From NCBI GenBank assembly GCA_037379345.1, contig CM074514.1:11222001-11286000 (forward strand): DNA of 64,000 nucleotides, in the 5' to 3' direction. Under the pieces are notes generated by a model, which saw only the letters and a program-made list of their open reading frames with translations, ran no database searches and was not told the DNA's origin. The first letter of the stretch is position 1. Each line of letters opens with the position of its first letter. The stretch is from Perna viridis. Its lineage: Eukaryota. Shown one piece after another: positions 51,891 to 63,437 of this stretch. Position numbers and translations under genes: made by a program.

Positions 51891-54800
51891 CTGAAAAAAA
51901 AAATCCAAACAGAAATCATTTAATCAAGCATGATAAGTGGTGTTAGCCCTAACTAAGCCATTCTGGAGATATTATATGGCCAAGGCCTTAGTAACCGTGA
52001 TCCCAATTACATTAGAATGTTTTCTTGAACTAATATAAGAAATATTTAATTGAGTAATTATTTTTTCAACACCCCATTGTGCTATGTAATGAGTACTTAG
52101 CACACTAGAGAGTACTCTTTTTCATTCCCTCAAAACACACAGCCTTAATTTACTTCACCTATATGTGCGGTACAGGGGAGGATCCAGGATTTTAGATCAG
52201 GGGGGGCACACAATAAAAATTTCACCAAGTGGAGCAAGGCAAACAAATTTTATGAGGTTAAATTTTGAAATATTCTTATCGAGTGGGTGCAATGTAGGTA
52301 TTATTTGTGGTTAAATTAGCACGAAATTAAAGTTTCAACCTAAAACTGCCTAAATCTACCCCTGACAACCCATGCTTTGCAAATTTTAGGGGGATGCACG
52401 CACACCCACCATGGCCCCGCCTGAATCCGCACGTAATGTAATGCACAATAACAGGAGTGCGGGCTGTCCTCAAGCCCTGAGTCTTTTAATTAGCTGACAA
52501 TAAAAGATGATTTACAAAGGTGAAAACAATCTCAGATGTCAAATTTTAATAAATGAGCTTGGCATAATGAAAATATCTTTTTCAACTAAGAAAAACATGA
52601 CAACTGTGACAGTGTTGGAAACCCTTACTTTGCACATAATCGGAAACAAGGAAACATAAATATCTGAGATGAAAGGAACCATCATAATAATTCAATGAAA
52701 ACATGGCATTCAAAAAGTTGTATCAGCAAACAATACTGAATTCAAAAAATTGTTCTATATGCCTTGCCAAGAGGGAGTGGGAACTGTGCAGTTAATAAGG
52801 AAAAAAACTGCAAATCAAAGAGCTTGAATCAGAAGTGCATTCTGATTGAAAAAAACAATCAAGAATCCACGAAAATTTGTGCCAACAAAATCAGTTTCAA
52901 AGACAATTTTGTCCCCAAGAAAATAAATGACTATACACACTAACAAATGCAGTGTATACATTTCAGAGAATTTTCATACTGAGTAAGACCAATGCAGTTT
53001 GGTTTTATAATTAGATTTTTTTCAGTGCCAACTAAGGAAGACAGGTGACTTCACCAAAACATGTTAACTTAAAATTTCTAGAATACCTGATTTTCAACTT
53101 TCAAAATAAAAGGAGTCTTACTTGTCTTTCTTGTTGTCGCTGTTGTTCTTGATGTTGTGCTCTCTCTTTTTCAAAAACCACCGGCAGTACTAATATAGTT
53201 GCTGCTGATGTCAATACCCATAGAAGATTCCTGGCCAAGGCCCATCCTTTTTTACTATATGTTCCTGTATTATCAGCTGCAGAACAGCAGAAATTTCTCA
53301 TTACATCAGGAAACATTTCTGTTAACCCAATTAGTCTTTCAGTTAGAGTTTCATCTATATCCTATAAGTGAAGAGAACATAATTTAAATACTAGAAAAAT
53401 GAATGCCTCCACACTCCATTTTAACACAGTTACTGCATAATGTCTGGTTGTCAAAAGATTGTTGTGTCTGAGAGACACTTTTGATGCCCCATGTGTATTT
53501 TCTAACACATATAAAAGTCAATTGATACTTATAAGCTTTAATTCTTTAGAATGATGACAATTTTATGATCAGAGAAAGAAGTTGAAAATGTCCTGATTTG
53601 ATAGCATTGTTCTACAGGAACAAACACAAATTTACCGGTAATGTTGATCCACTCATGTGTGTAGGATCTTCCACTAATTGTTTATAACCTTCATAATTAT
53701 TAAAAATTATTTACTACCTATTTTAAATACTGTAGAAGAAGATATATGGACGGGGCATAAAAAAGCTTCACAGCAGAGGTTGAACCCTAAACAGTGGGGA
53801 CAAGTATGACGATACAGCTATGAATTTTGATGATGATTAGATATTTGACATAGGGAAAGAATTTGACCAGAATCAAAATGGTCACTTTTTGACTCCTTTT
53901 TCCTAAATGGTTCCAGTCAAAATTAATCTCCACCTACCTTAGAAGGTATAGCATCTTGTGGTAAAATTTCTCAGCTATCCATTCCTTCATACTTATGTTC
54001 CCAGAAATCAGAATAAAATACTTGTTTCTGGACCCTTTTTTGCCCCTTATTCTTACTTGGCTCCGGTCACAATCAAAAATCTCAATCCCAGTTTTCCTTT
54101 TGTGATATGACATATTGTAGTAAAATTTATAAAAGATTCATTCACTTGTACTCAAATTATTGTTAGGTAAATGCTTGATTTATGCACCCTTTAGGCCCCT
54201 GTTTCCAAAATAGTTCAATTCTTAACCTTAACATTAAAGCCAGTCTCCCTTTGGTGGTATGGCACCTTGTAATACAATTACAAAAAGATCCATTTACTAA
54301 CAGTGAATCACCTGAATACAGCTGAAATATTGCTGCTCGGGTGTTAAATCCAACAATCAATCAATCAATCAATCTAACAGTCAAGTTATTGTCTGGACAT
54401 CAGGAAAATGCATGTTTTTGGCCCTTAGATTTCTAAAATTTTCAAGTCTTAACCCTCAAAAACAATTCCAGTCTGACCATAGATGTACAAAAAATTATGG
54501 AACAAAATCATAGATATTCCAAACCTTTTACTGGAATCATAGTTACAGAGTTAAATTCTATGAAATGTTTGTTTTTTACCACTATATGGTCCCAAATTCT
54601 AAAATAGTTGGGACCATTACCCCCATATACAAAACTAACCTTTTATTTTGTGGTGAGGAACCTTGCAATAAAATCTTATAAAGATCAATCAATCAATATT
54701 CAAGTTATTATACAATACAAAGTATCTAGGGATAACAACAAGATAGCTAACAACAGCACCATACCATTATATGACAGCAAATTTTTTGCAGTCAAAAATA

Positions 54801-57800
54801 GATTTGTCATCTACAGTACCAAAATATTGTACGGCTTTAATAGCATGTTTTAATCCTTATTAAAATGGTCAAACATGACGGTTCTAATAGTGGTTTGAAC
54901 AACAAATAGAGTATCAATGTGGATAACTTTTTATACACTGTTTTAAGGTGAGTGCCTATCAAGCCTGAAAGTGATTTTTTATTCTCATTGTAGGACTTAT
55001 CATACATATTATTTCATCAATTAAAATAGTAATCAATTGAAATGTTTTTTTCTATCTATTAAAGTTTTCAAGATATTGGCTTATAACTGCAGAAAAAGTC
55101 ATTTTTCCACATTTCACAGGCAATAACTCTTACAAGGAGTTGTCTAACAATTTTGACTCAAAGGGATACTTTTGTAGGTCTTATCATTAACATTACTTCA
55201 CTAATCATAATTTTTTTCCATCTATTTTAGTTTCCAAGATATTGGCTGAAAACTGCAAGAACTTTCATTTTTCACCTTTCAAGGGCAGTAACTTTAACAA
55301 GGAGTCATTCAAAACTTTAAACCATAAAGACTTTTGTAGGCTTTATCATAAGGATCATTTCATCAATTGGAAGTTTTTTCCTTTTTTAAAATTTCAAGAT
55401 AATGGCTGAAACTGCAAAAGCCTTAATTTTCACCTTTCAAAGGCAATAACTTAAAAAAAAATGTCAAACAACTTTGAAACAATGGAGACTTGTAAAGTTC
55501 TTCAAGCAGAATAAGAATGGTTGCATTTATTTTCAAATATCTCCTTTAGTTTTTGAGATATATCATATGTAATATGTAGACATTGGTGACTTGACCAGAC
55601 TACTTGATGATGACAATAGGTATAGTTAACCATACTCTATGGAAATGATCTGTAAAATCCTGGACTTTGTGATATTTTAACATAGAAACCACAGAGCTTA
55701 ATTTGCATTCAAAATTCGTACAAAATACAGAGAAACCATATAAGTAAACACCTCTGCTTGACCTCTGTGGTCTAAAAACTCCAACAGCAGCCATGTTTTT
55801 TGATAAACACACCTATTTTGCATAAACAATCCATGCAAAGTTTCCTGTAATTCCATTTAGTAATTTCAGAGGACAAGATTTTTTAATAGTTGTTTACAGA
55901 CAAGGACGAGGACTAAAAAGTTGATTTTTAGAGTGTTTCCCCACTTTGGCCCCTAAAAGACAGAAAATGCTAATTGCTATTTTTAATCTGTAAGTATTCT
56001 TAAAACAATATTTTGAAAGCAACAAATCAAAAGAGGATTGTCAAAACTGAATGATAACTAAATCTTCTACACCAATTTAAATAAATTTTACAACTTTTTT
56101 GTAAAAGAGTAGAAACCAAAAACCCCATTTTCAATAGCAAGTATCCTGTAGCAATAAATTACAATATATCAAAGTTTACCCTACTGGTGCACCAGGTCCA
56201 TGCTCCCAGTTTTTAGTGGAGTCTGAGTTGCTCATTTACTTTTGTTACTTTGTATGTATGATTTCAGTTACGTTATGTTCTTTGTTGTGTATGTCTGTTT
56301 TCCATGTCTGGTCTTTGTCCCTGGATTACATTCTTTTGATTACCGCTATAACCTTGGTTCCCTTGATTACTCTTTCATGAAATTTGGTTAACTACAACTA
56401 AAGTTACCGCAGGGAAACCAAAAATTAACAACACAGATAACGCAGGCAAGGACAACAATGACAGCATCATAACATAATACGACTGCAAAAATTGCAGTCG
56501 TATTAAAAGTTGACTTTTAATTTGGGTGTGGCCCAATTTTGTACCTCTTTGACACCAAAACAGTTAATGATAAGCCTACCTAATGAAATATTTTAAAACA
56601 AAATTTCAAAAGGAACAGATTTTTGGGGTGTGGCCCCTTCATTCCCCACATAACTTGAAAACCATAAGAGATATCTGAAATTTGATTAAATAAACAAAGG
56701 CAGGATTTTCATGATGACAAAAAAAAATTAAACTTGACCCAAAAAATCTACAGAACATGAATAAACTCGAAATCATGTGATCATATCATTTGTTTAATTA
56801 ACATGGCCTCTGGTGGCCATTTTGTTTAATCAAGCAGAACCAATTTTTTTATCAAATAAAAATAATTACTGTATGTTGTGAAGTGGCTCAAATTAAAAAT
56901 AAATTAGTATAATGAATAAGTGAACAACAGCCACTTTTAAAAAGTAAAACTTAAACTACATACAAATAAAATATAAATAAAACAAAAAAAATGTAAAGGA
57001 TATGGGCCCAAATTTTGGGCCTTACAGCCTTCAACCTTAGGCAAAAGTATTGAAAAGAAAACTGACAACTGCTAACCCACACCACAGAAACAAGATGCCC
57101 TTCAAAATTGATCTTGTTCATTGTGAAGATGCGTAAAGTTCAAGATGAAAAATTATAAAATTTTATGTGCGCTAATGAAAAGCAATTGAAAACTGAGTTA
57201 TGGTGACTAAATAATACGGGTTTTGACTTTCATTCCAAAGGGGTAGGCAGTTCCAAGAAAACTAATGATACATTATTCTAGGAACTGAAGTTGTTTTTCA
57301 CCTGAACATGTTTCCAAAAGGACAGTTACTTTCATGTCATCGACACTGTGGTTTGCATCCTGACCATGTTCAATAATTGGACAATCTTTTCTATTGGTGA
57401 CACTTTGTTTGTGTTCTACAAAACAATCACCTAACCTTAGATACATTCTTGTAGGTTTGCTCAAGTAAACAATTTTACAGTGTTTGTAAACCACATCATA
57501 AACGAGGTGTTCTGAGGTACAGGTGAAACCATCTTTTACTTAAAGACGTAAGCTGCCACAACTCATCAGTTTCCCAGGTAAAAGGATATGTTGAACAGTA
57601 TGGTCACTTACAGTGCCGTGTGCTATTGAAACTCACAGGGGGCATCTTATGGCACTCATGAAAGAACTTGTAACAAGGCACTTTCAGACTCTTTCCTTTT
57701 CTATAGGCTGTAATTGGAAGCAAATTTTTGAATACTTTGTATTGGTCTTAAAAAAACTATGGATTTAAAGTTGCAAATCTGGATATTCTGGTTTGCAAAA

Positions 57801-58318
57801 TTTAATCAGTTGTCAAAGTTAGCCTTTTATTCTTTCTGCCAAGTTTGGTCACCATTGGCTAAATTAAAGCAAAGATTTAGGCCAAAATGAGTTTTTCCAT
57901 ATGGTTTCAAAGGCAACTTCAAGTGCAGCCATCTGAGCTAAACAAAAACTGGATCATTATTCATTTGTAGACAGCATTGATGTCATTGATCCTATCAAGT
58001 TTCAAGACATTGGCACCTGTGATTTCAGTGGTTTTCTTCAGGAATGTTGCCTTCCTTGTACTTCTGTCAATGGTGTCATGGAAAAGCCACCCTATGCCTA
58101 TGGCAAGGCCCAAACCTTTATCTTTACTTCACTAATGTGACACTAAAATATTTAACAATGACATGAACAGCCAAATCCCTATCAATAGACTTTACTTCCC
58201 TTATCTTATCATGTCGATGTATGATGTCAGAAATATAGTCTATAGAATAAAAAATTGCATATATGCTTACGTCATCGTCTTCGTCTATAGGAATATCTTG
58301 TACTTTCTTTTCTGTCAT
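51807..58318 (-). CDS. TOMM22: Mitochondrial import receptor subunit TOM22, full span, 3 exons, 123 aa
   Basis: Acidic N-terminus, DETLTERLIGLTEMFP, TM segment WVLTSAATILVLPVVFEKER, then QILLGPN. All junctions are phase 0. Confidence 0.95.
53122..53361 (-). CDS. TOMM22: TOMM22 exon 2 (DIDETLTERLIGLTEMFPD...QQERQ)
   Basis: CTTATAG| acceptor and CAA|GTAAGA donor on minus. Confidence 0.95.
54305..54373 (+). mobile_element. 5'-truncated SINE/LINE 3' tail with (TCAA)n and an 8-bp TSD
   Basis: CTGAATACAGCTGAAATATTGCTGCTCGGGTGTTAAATCCAACAA(TCAA)n, flanked by CTAACAGT at 54297-54304 and 54374-54381. Confidence 0.75.
56174..56374 (+). mobile_element. Second, shorter copy of the Naiad-type Penelope-like 3' UTR
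   Basis: High similarity to ~42430-42630 with the same 3' endpoint GATTACTCTT. Confidence 0.8.
57225..57730 (-). mobile_element. Decayed GIY-YIG endonuclease C-terminus of a canonical Penelope/Neptune-type element
   Basis: Minus strand reads PITAYRKGKSLK ... FTCTSEHLVY...C..VY....R..RLGDCFVEH...PIIEH...NHSVDDMKVTV...LE*...LGTAYPFGM. Confidence 0.65.
58271..58318 (-). CDS. TOMM22: TOMM22 exon 1 (MTEKKVQDIPIDEDDD)
   Basis: ATG at 58318, GAC|GTAAGC donor. Confidence 0.88.
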
Positions 58319-58641
58319 ATTTGCCTTCAATTTCTTCGACAAGACGCCCTCGTGTGTCCTCAAACCTCGAAAATAACTACTCAATGTCAAACGTAAACTT
58401 AGTCGTATATGTATTCTAACACACTTACAAGCGCAAAGAAGATAATGAGAGAATCAATTGTTCCGAATGTAAACTGGTTACCACATTTTTTATGATCGAA
58501 CAATATTCAGCTATTATTGCTTAAACCAGTTCAAATGAGGAAGTCCTCTAGATGTTGTGCTAGAAAGTTCCTGTTTTCCGTCTGCTTTCTTGTCTCGACC
58601 ATTTAGGTTCAATCTGTATAGAATATTATGTATTGAGTACA
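58319..58641. promoter_or_regulatory. Putative bidirectional promoter and 5' UTRs of TOMM22 and XPO6
   Basis: Only 323 nt lie between the divergent start codons. Confidence 0.7.
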
Positions 58642-58644
58642 ATG
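58642..58644 (+). CDS. XPO6: XPO6 exon 1 coding part (ATG only)
   Basis: ACAATG|GTATAC. Exon 2 starts at codon 2 in phase 0, so an upstream ATG-ending exon is required. This is the best candidate. Confidence 0.65.
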
Positions 58645-61600
58645 GTATACCTCCTTATTTTATAGAAAAGATAACCATTCATGTCCAAAACGAATATAGG
58701 AACTGATAATTGTCTTAAGAAGAAAATGACCACCATCAATTTATGACATTGTCAATTGAATTGACCAACTAACTTATCCATCATCAAACCTTCAAGATTT
58801 TACTGAAAGCCTTTATACATGAGGCAGATGCTACCAATAATATGATACAGTTGAAATCTAAAACACTCCTGAAGAAACATAACTTCATAAGTGCATTACA
58901 TAAAAAGAAAATGGTATCAAAATTACTTATACATAACATTACTGACATACTGTATAAATCATTTAACAGGTTTCAGTTGGTCATTTTTCAAAAAGGATGG
59001 GTGGTTCACAATATTTGAGAAAGTGCAACAAAGCTGTAAAAGTGCCTACATTTACATGTTTCCACAAGATTACAATTGTTTTATATTGAGAATGCTTTTT
59101 TTCAGGCCTCAGATGAAAATTCTTTGAGGGCATTAGAGGGTTTAATGAATGAGTTTTTCCATGATAGAACAACAAATAACAGAAAAAGAGAAATTGGTAA
59201 ATAATTATAAATACTTACAGTACACTTTCAGGTCAATAAAAAAAAATTCAGTGTTCATACATGAATGTTTCATTGGTTTTTTTTTATTATTATTATTGAG
59301 AAATTCCCAATGATCTTAGAACTGTCAAACAGATGACTTTTTTTTAGAAATAATTCCACAAACAATGCCTAAAAACAGTCTTCATGATTAAGCAGTAGTC
59401 CAAGGCCCAGGGCTTGTCAAAATGGAGGTGGGCCTGAAAAATTTACTACTACAGGCCAACAGTCACTATATAAAAATTTCTGAAAAATGTATTTCAGGCC
59501 TGTGAACTGAAAAGTTAGTTTTGTAAAAATGCAAATAGCAGATAGTATATTTCTATTTTAAACTATTGATCTTAGGTCTACAGTATATTTATTAGACTTT
59601 TAATCACATCTCCTTTAAATAGTTTCTTTCAGTAGTGATAAAATGTAAAAATTACAAAGATGGAACTTACCTATAATAACAAATGTGGAATTAATCTTGA
59701 TGTTTAAAAATAATTTTGTAACCATATCTTCATTCATGACTTTGTTGTATGATTTTATTTTTTTTTCTTAGAAACTATACTAAATAACTTTTGTCAGACA
59801 AGAGATGCATGGAGGCACAGTCTGTTCTTTCTTGCGAATACCCAAAATGAATATGTTAGACATTTCTGTATGACAGCTTTGGAGGTAAAGTAGAATATCT
59901 GAATAGTTACAAGTCATCGATTTTAGGAAATACAAATTTTTTGCGATTTTAGACTATAAAGATTCCTTAAGAAACTATTGAGGCAGGAATCATGACCCTT
60001 CAGTATTTTTCATCAATGAACTATGGAGAAAATAACATTAAATGGAGCACTCAAACTTCATTGTTCATCACAGGTTTAAATGGATCATTTTATATTTTAA
60101 GCTCACATTAGTGATGTGATTATAATTGGATTTTTCAATTCCAGAATTAAGCACTGCACTATATATTATTTAGATCTGATTTTGTCTAATTCTGATTTAT
60201 TGTTGGCTTTGTAAAATCATATCTGTCACCTGGACCTACAGTCCATATGAGTTATTTCCATCACTTTGCGTCCACAAATTGTCATCGTAAACTTTTTTAA
60301 AATCTTTGAAGCGCAAAGAAGACTTAACGTGAGTTGCCTGTATTGTCCTTGAAAGTCGAAAAAAGATGTTACAGTTTTTAGCCTATATCTTGAAAATCAT
60401 AATAGATAGACACTTTCAACAGTGAATAATTGTACAATTACAGTATTTTCACTAAGATTTGAAAAATAACAAATTGATTTTAAAAATGAATATTGAGGAA
60501 AAAGGCTATGCTTGGTTGGAAGCACATAGCTTGAATTCATTTAGTGGCTTGCATTTGAAACAGTTATAGACATTTTTTCGTAGACACCTATTCCAGGCAT
60601 GAATAAAATTAGCTTTTCTTGTTATGTTCCTGAAAGGTATTAGAATGCTTCTTGGATTTTGATTATTTTAGGATTTAATCAACAGACAGTGGATTGGGTT
60701 AAATGCTCAAGACAAACTAGTAATAAGATCAACATTAAATCAATTCTTACTGGAGCAGCACACGAAAGTACCAACTTTTACTCGCAACAAACTGGTGAAA
60801 GTCATTGTGGACATTGGACGGATTGACTGGCCACATTTTTACCCAGATTTTCTGTCCAGTGTTTTACAGGTATAAACTTAACAGATGTTTATTCACATTG
60901 AAAAGAAAGAAGTTAATGTAAATCATATGTTTGGGCTTCTTTTGTTTTTCTCAAGTTTTGTTCTCAACATTTAAATGTTGTTTTAGGGACAATATTATTT
61001 ATCAATGCATCTATTTGGAATGTAGGTACATTTTCATCCTGCAGTAAAAAATAATGATATTTATAATTTTAATTTGTAAGCTGACATTCCTTATAACATT
61101 GAACAGATATGGTAAAAGCTACAAATACTAGAACATTATACCTAAATATAAAGGAGTAAATACTCTCAAAGATCATCACAAAAGGCAGAATAAAGAAGTA
61201 TGCAATGAAATATTGGTTCTTACATATATTAATACATAAAAATATGTCTTCGTCTTAACTCATTACCACTGTACATGTATTACCAAGGTAATTTTTTTCT
61301 TATCTTAAAATGTGTTTAAAGGTCCAATAAAACTGATGTTGTAATTTTTGACAATCAGTCCCCATTGCTGCATAGAGCATAATGGTGTTATATGAACATT
61401 TTTTTGCTTATTGTTATGTTATTGGGATAGAATCAGTTGGCATTATCTTTAGAAAAACAATGAGTGACCCTTTTCATAAACGCAGTACGGTACTCGTTTC
61501 TTTTCTTACAACTGCAGCTGTCTTAATTACTTCTGTTACAGCTGGCATCACAACAAGATACTGTGTTACTAGGAGTTATAATACTACAGACAATATCTGA

Positions 61601-63014
61601 GGAATTGGCCACTCCAAGAGAGGATCTTAGTATGGCAAGAAAAGAGGAATTACAACGTCTGTTATTGGTCCAGGTTCCCAATATACTTAGTCTCATAAAT
61701 AGTAAGATGTTACATATTGATATAAAAATTTGATACAGTAAAACCTGTCCAAACCAAACAGCAAAGGGACTTGAGTTTTTGTTCTGTTTAGACAGGTGTT
61801 TTGTTTTCTCAGTGTCATTTACAACCAAACAGTGTCTTCTTTAAGATATTAAAGCTATAACTGGCTGTAATTTTATACTGCAATAGACCAAGATTCATCT
61901 GTTTGCCTTAAGATGTTTTTATGAAGACTTTATTTACAATTTGTTAAGAAAATTGGTCTTTCGAATAAAATGTAAGTTTACAAAAGATTCTAATGTAATG
62001 TTGTGATGGACAAGTATTACGGTAGAAAAATAAATAGATTTTACAGCCACTTTCTTATCATTGAATAGGCAAATAAGACATGTTAGAAGAAGAAATGAAA
62101 AGATTGAAATGTTATTGTAATTAATCAATCAATCGCATTTGTCCGATATTAAAAAAAATATATACAAATTTATGATACGCCTTTAAACAATTTTGATGAA
62201 TTAAAATTAATTTTACAAAAGATTTTTAATTAATGTTTCAATAATTTGTTCACTTACTCACAATGTATTTACCTGTTGATAGTTCATTAATTACAGGTTA
62301 ATCGGTCAGTCAGCCCAAGTTAATATTTGGCTTCAGAGCTGTCAAGGATGTTTTTAACAAAATAATTATCTTTTGAATAGCAGGGGTTGGTTTGTACAGG
62401 TAAAAGAATACTTATTAATTAAGGGAAGGGATACAGAAAGAGTTTGGAATATGGAATTGACAGGATTTGGTTTAGAAATGTAAAATTACTACAGTATGAA
62501 TAAGAAATTCTACAGGACTTTGAAATTAGTTTGTTTTAGAGTGAAATTCGGTTTTCTCAGGGTTCGGTTTACACAGTTTTCACTGTATATTATTTATGGT
62601 TAATTTTTTTTAATTTGATGCCTTAAGATATTATTTTTAATAATTCTGTATCATTATAGAATTAAGTACTTGCAGTTTCACATAGATTTTTGCAACTTCT
62701 GGTTTTGCTAATTTTTGCATTGCTGTTATTGAGCTTTGAAATTTTCAGGTAATTTACCTTAAATGTTTAACTCAAGATACTGTTTTGGATTAGTAATGTT
62801 TAAGAGTAAAACCAAATATTTATTATGTAAAATTAGTATATGTCAAACAGTGAATTGATTATCTGATCCATTTCAGATATTTTGGAATCAGTCTTAGAAA
62901 AACACAGACATTTAGTTGTAGCTACCCCACCACCTTCACCTACATCAGGAGAGACTACCCAGAACAGACCAGGATCATCCATGTTGTTAATATCATCATC
63001 TCCTTTACCCTCAG
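58642..63014 (+). CDS. XPO6: Exportin-6, 5' part (coding exons 1-6, gene continues beyond the window)
   Basis: M-ASDENSLRALEGLMNEFF...RKREIE..LNNF...RNKLVKVIVDIGR.DWP.FY...SEELA.PREDLS.ARKEEL...ATPPPSPTSGE matches the XPO6 N-terminus. Confidence 0.94.
59106..59196 (+). CDS. XPO6: XPO6 exon 2 (ASDENSLRALEGLMNEFFHDRTTNNRKREI)
   Basis: TTTTTCAG| acceptor, G|GTAAAT donor. Confidence 0.93.
59772..59884 (+). CDS. XPO6: XPO6 exon 3 (ETILNNFCQTRDAWRHSLFFLANTQNEYVRHFCMTALE)
   Basis: TTCTTAG| acceptor, GAG|GTAAAG donor. Confidence 0.93.
60672..60869 (+). CDS. XPO6: XPO6 exon 4 (DLINRQWIGL...DWPHFYPDFLSSVLQ)
   Basis: TTTTAG| acceptor, CAG|GTATAA donor. Confidence 0.93.
61542..61701 (+). CDS. XPO6: XPO6 exon 5 (LASQQDTVLLGVIILQTISEELATPREDLSMARKEEL...)
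   Basis: GTTACAG| acceptor, A|GTAAGA donor. Confidence 0.92.
61736..62585. mobile_element. Tc1/mariner-pogo-type MITE (TA TSD)
   Basis: TA-CAGTAAAACCTGTCCAAACCAAAC ... GTTCGGTTTACACAGTTTTCACTG-TA. Confidence 0.6.
62877..63014 (+). CDS. XPO6: XPO6 exon 6 (NILESVLEKHRHLVVATPPPSPTSGE...PLPS)
   Basis: TTTCAG| acceptor, G|GTGTGA donor, ATPPPSP motif. Confidence 0.88.
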
Positions 63015-63257
63015 GTGTGATTGTGTTTAAAAATTTTAACAAGTTTGTAGAAACTAAAGTGAGGCAATTTCAGAACCTATAATTCTGATTTAGATGTTGA
63101 TGGTAACCATAAACTATTTTCTTCCTGTTTTACAGGATTATGATCATTTTTATAAAATAAATAGTTACATGTACAGTAAATAGAAACATTCCTTTTTGTT
63201 TGAAAAATTTACCAGTACTCGTTAAATTTTGATACTAAAATTAAATTATAAGGAATG

Positions 63258-63437
63258 AATCGTTTTTGTTAGTGAATGACTGTTATATTTTTTCGGTCCA
63301 TTTGAAATAACCTCAATACCTGTGGTGCACACTTGAAACTAATCTGCTTCGCAGATTATATAGTATGTATCACATGATTTAGGTTATTTCCCCATAGACC
63401 AAAAAATATAACAGTCATTCACTAACTAAAATGATTT
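63258..63437. repeat. ~180-bp imperfect palindrome (foldback MITE-like)
   Basis: GTTAGTGAATGACTGTTATATTTTTTCGGTC..GAAATAACCT ... AGGTTATTTC..GACCAAAAAATATAACAGTCATTCACTAAC, with a central AATCTGC-TTC-GCAGATT. Confidence 0.8.

Larger units (their letters stand above)
53800..56505. repeat. Cluster of decayed HINE/Helitron-N elements with ~160-170-bp units in TOMM22 intron 1
   Basis: CAAGATA(T/A)TGGCT..AACTGCA units at ~55069, 55235 and 55395. Related units occur at 53920-54720. A perfect 14-bp terminal hairpin TAATACGACTGCAA-AAA-TTGCAGTCGTATTA lies at 56475-56505. Confidence 0.6.

Noticed and set aside
52173-52364. hAT-like MITE ends CAGGGGAGGATCCAGG / CCTAAATCTACCCCTG
   Set aside because: The TIRs are degenerate and there is no 8-bp TSD, so it was not listed as a feature.
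58124-58390. 88-aa minus ORF extending TOMM22 exon 1 upstream from a TTG
   Set aside because: The ATG at 58318 with the donor at 58270 gives a normal TOM22 N-terminus, and the extension is unsupported.
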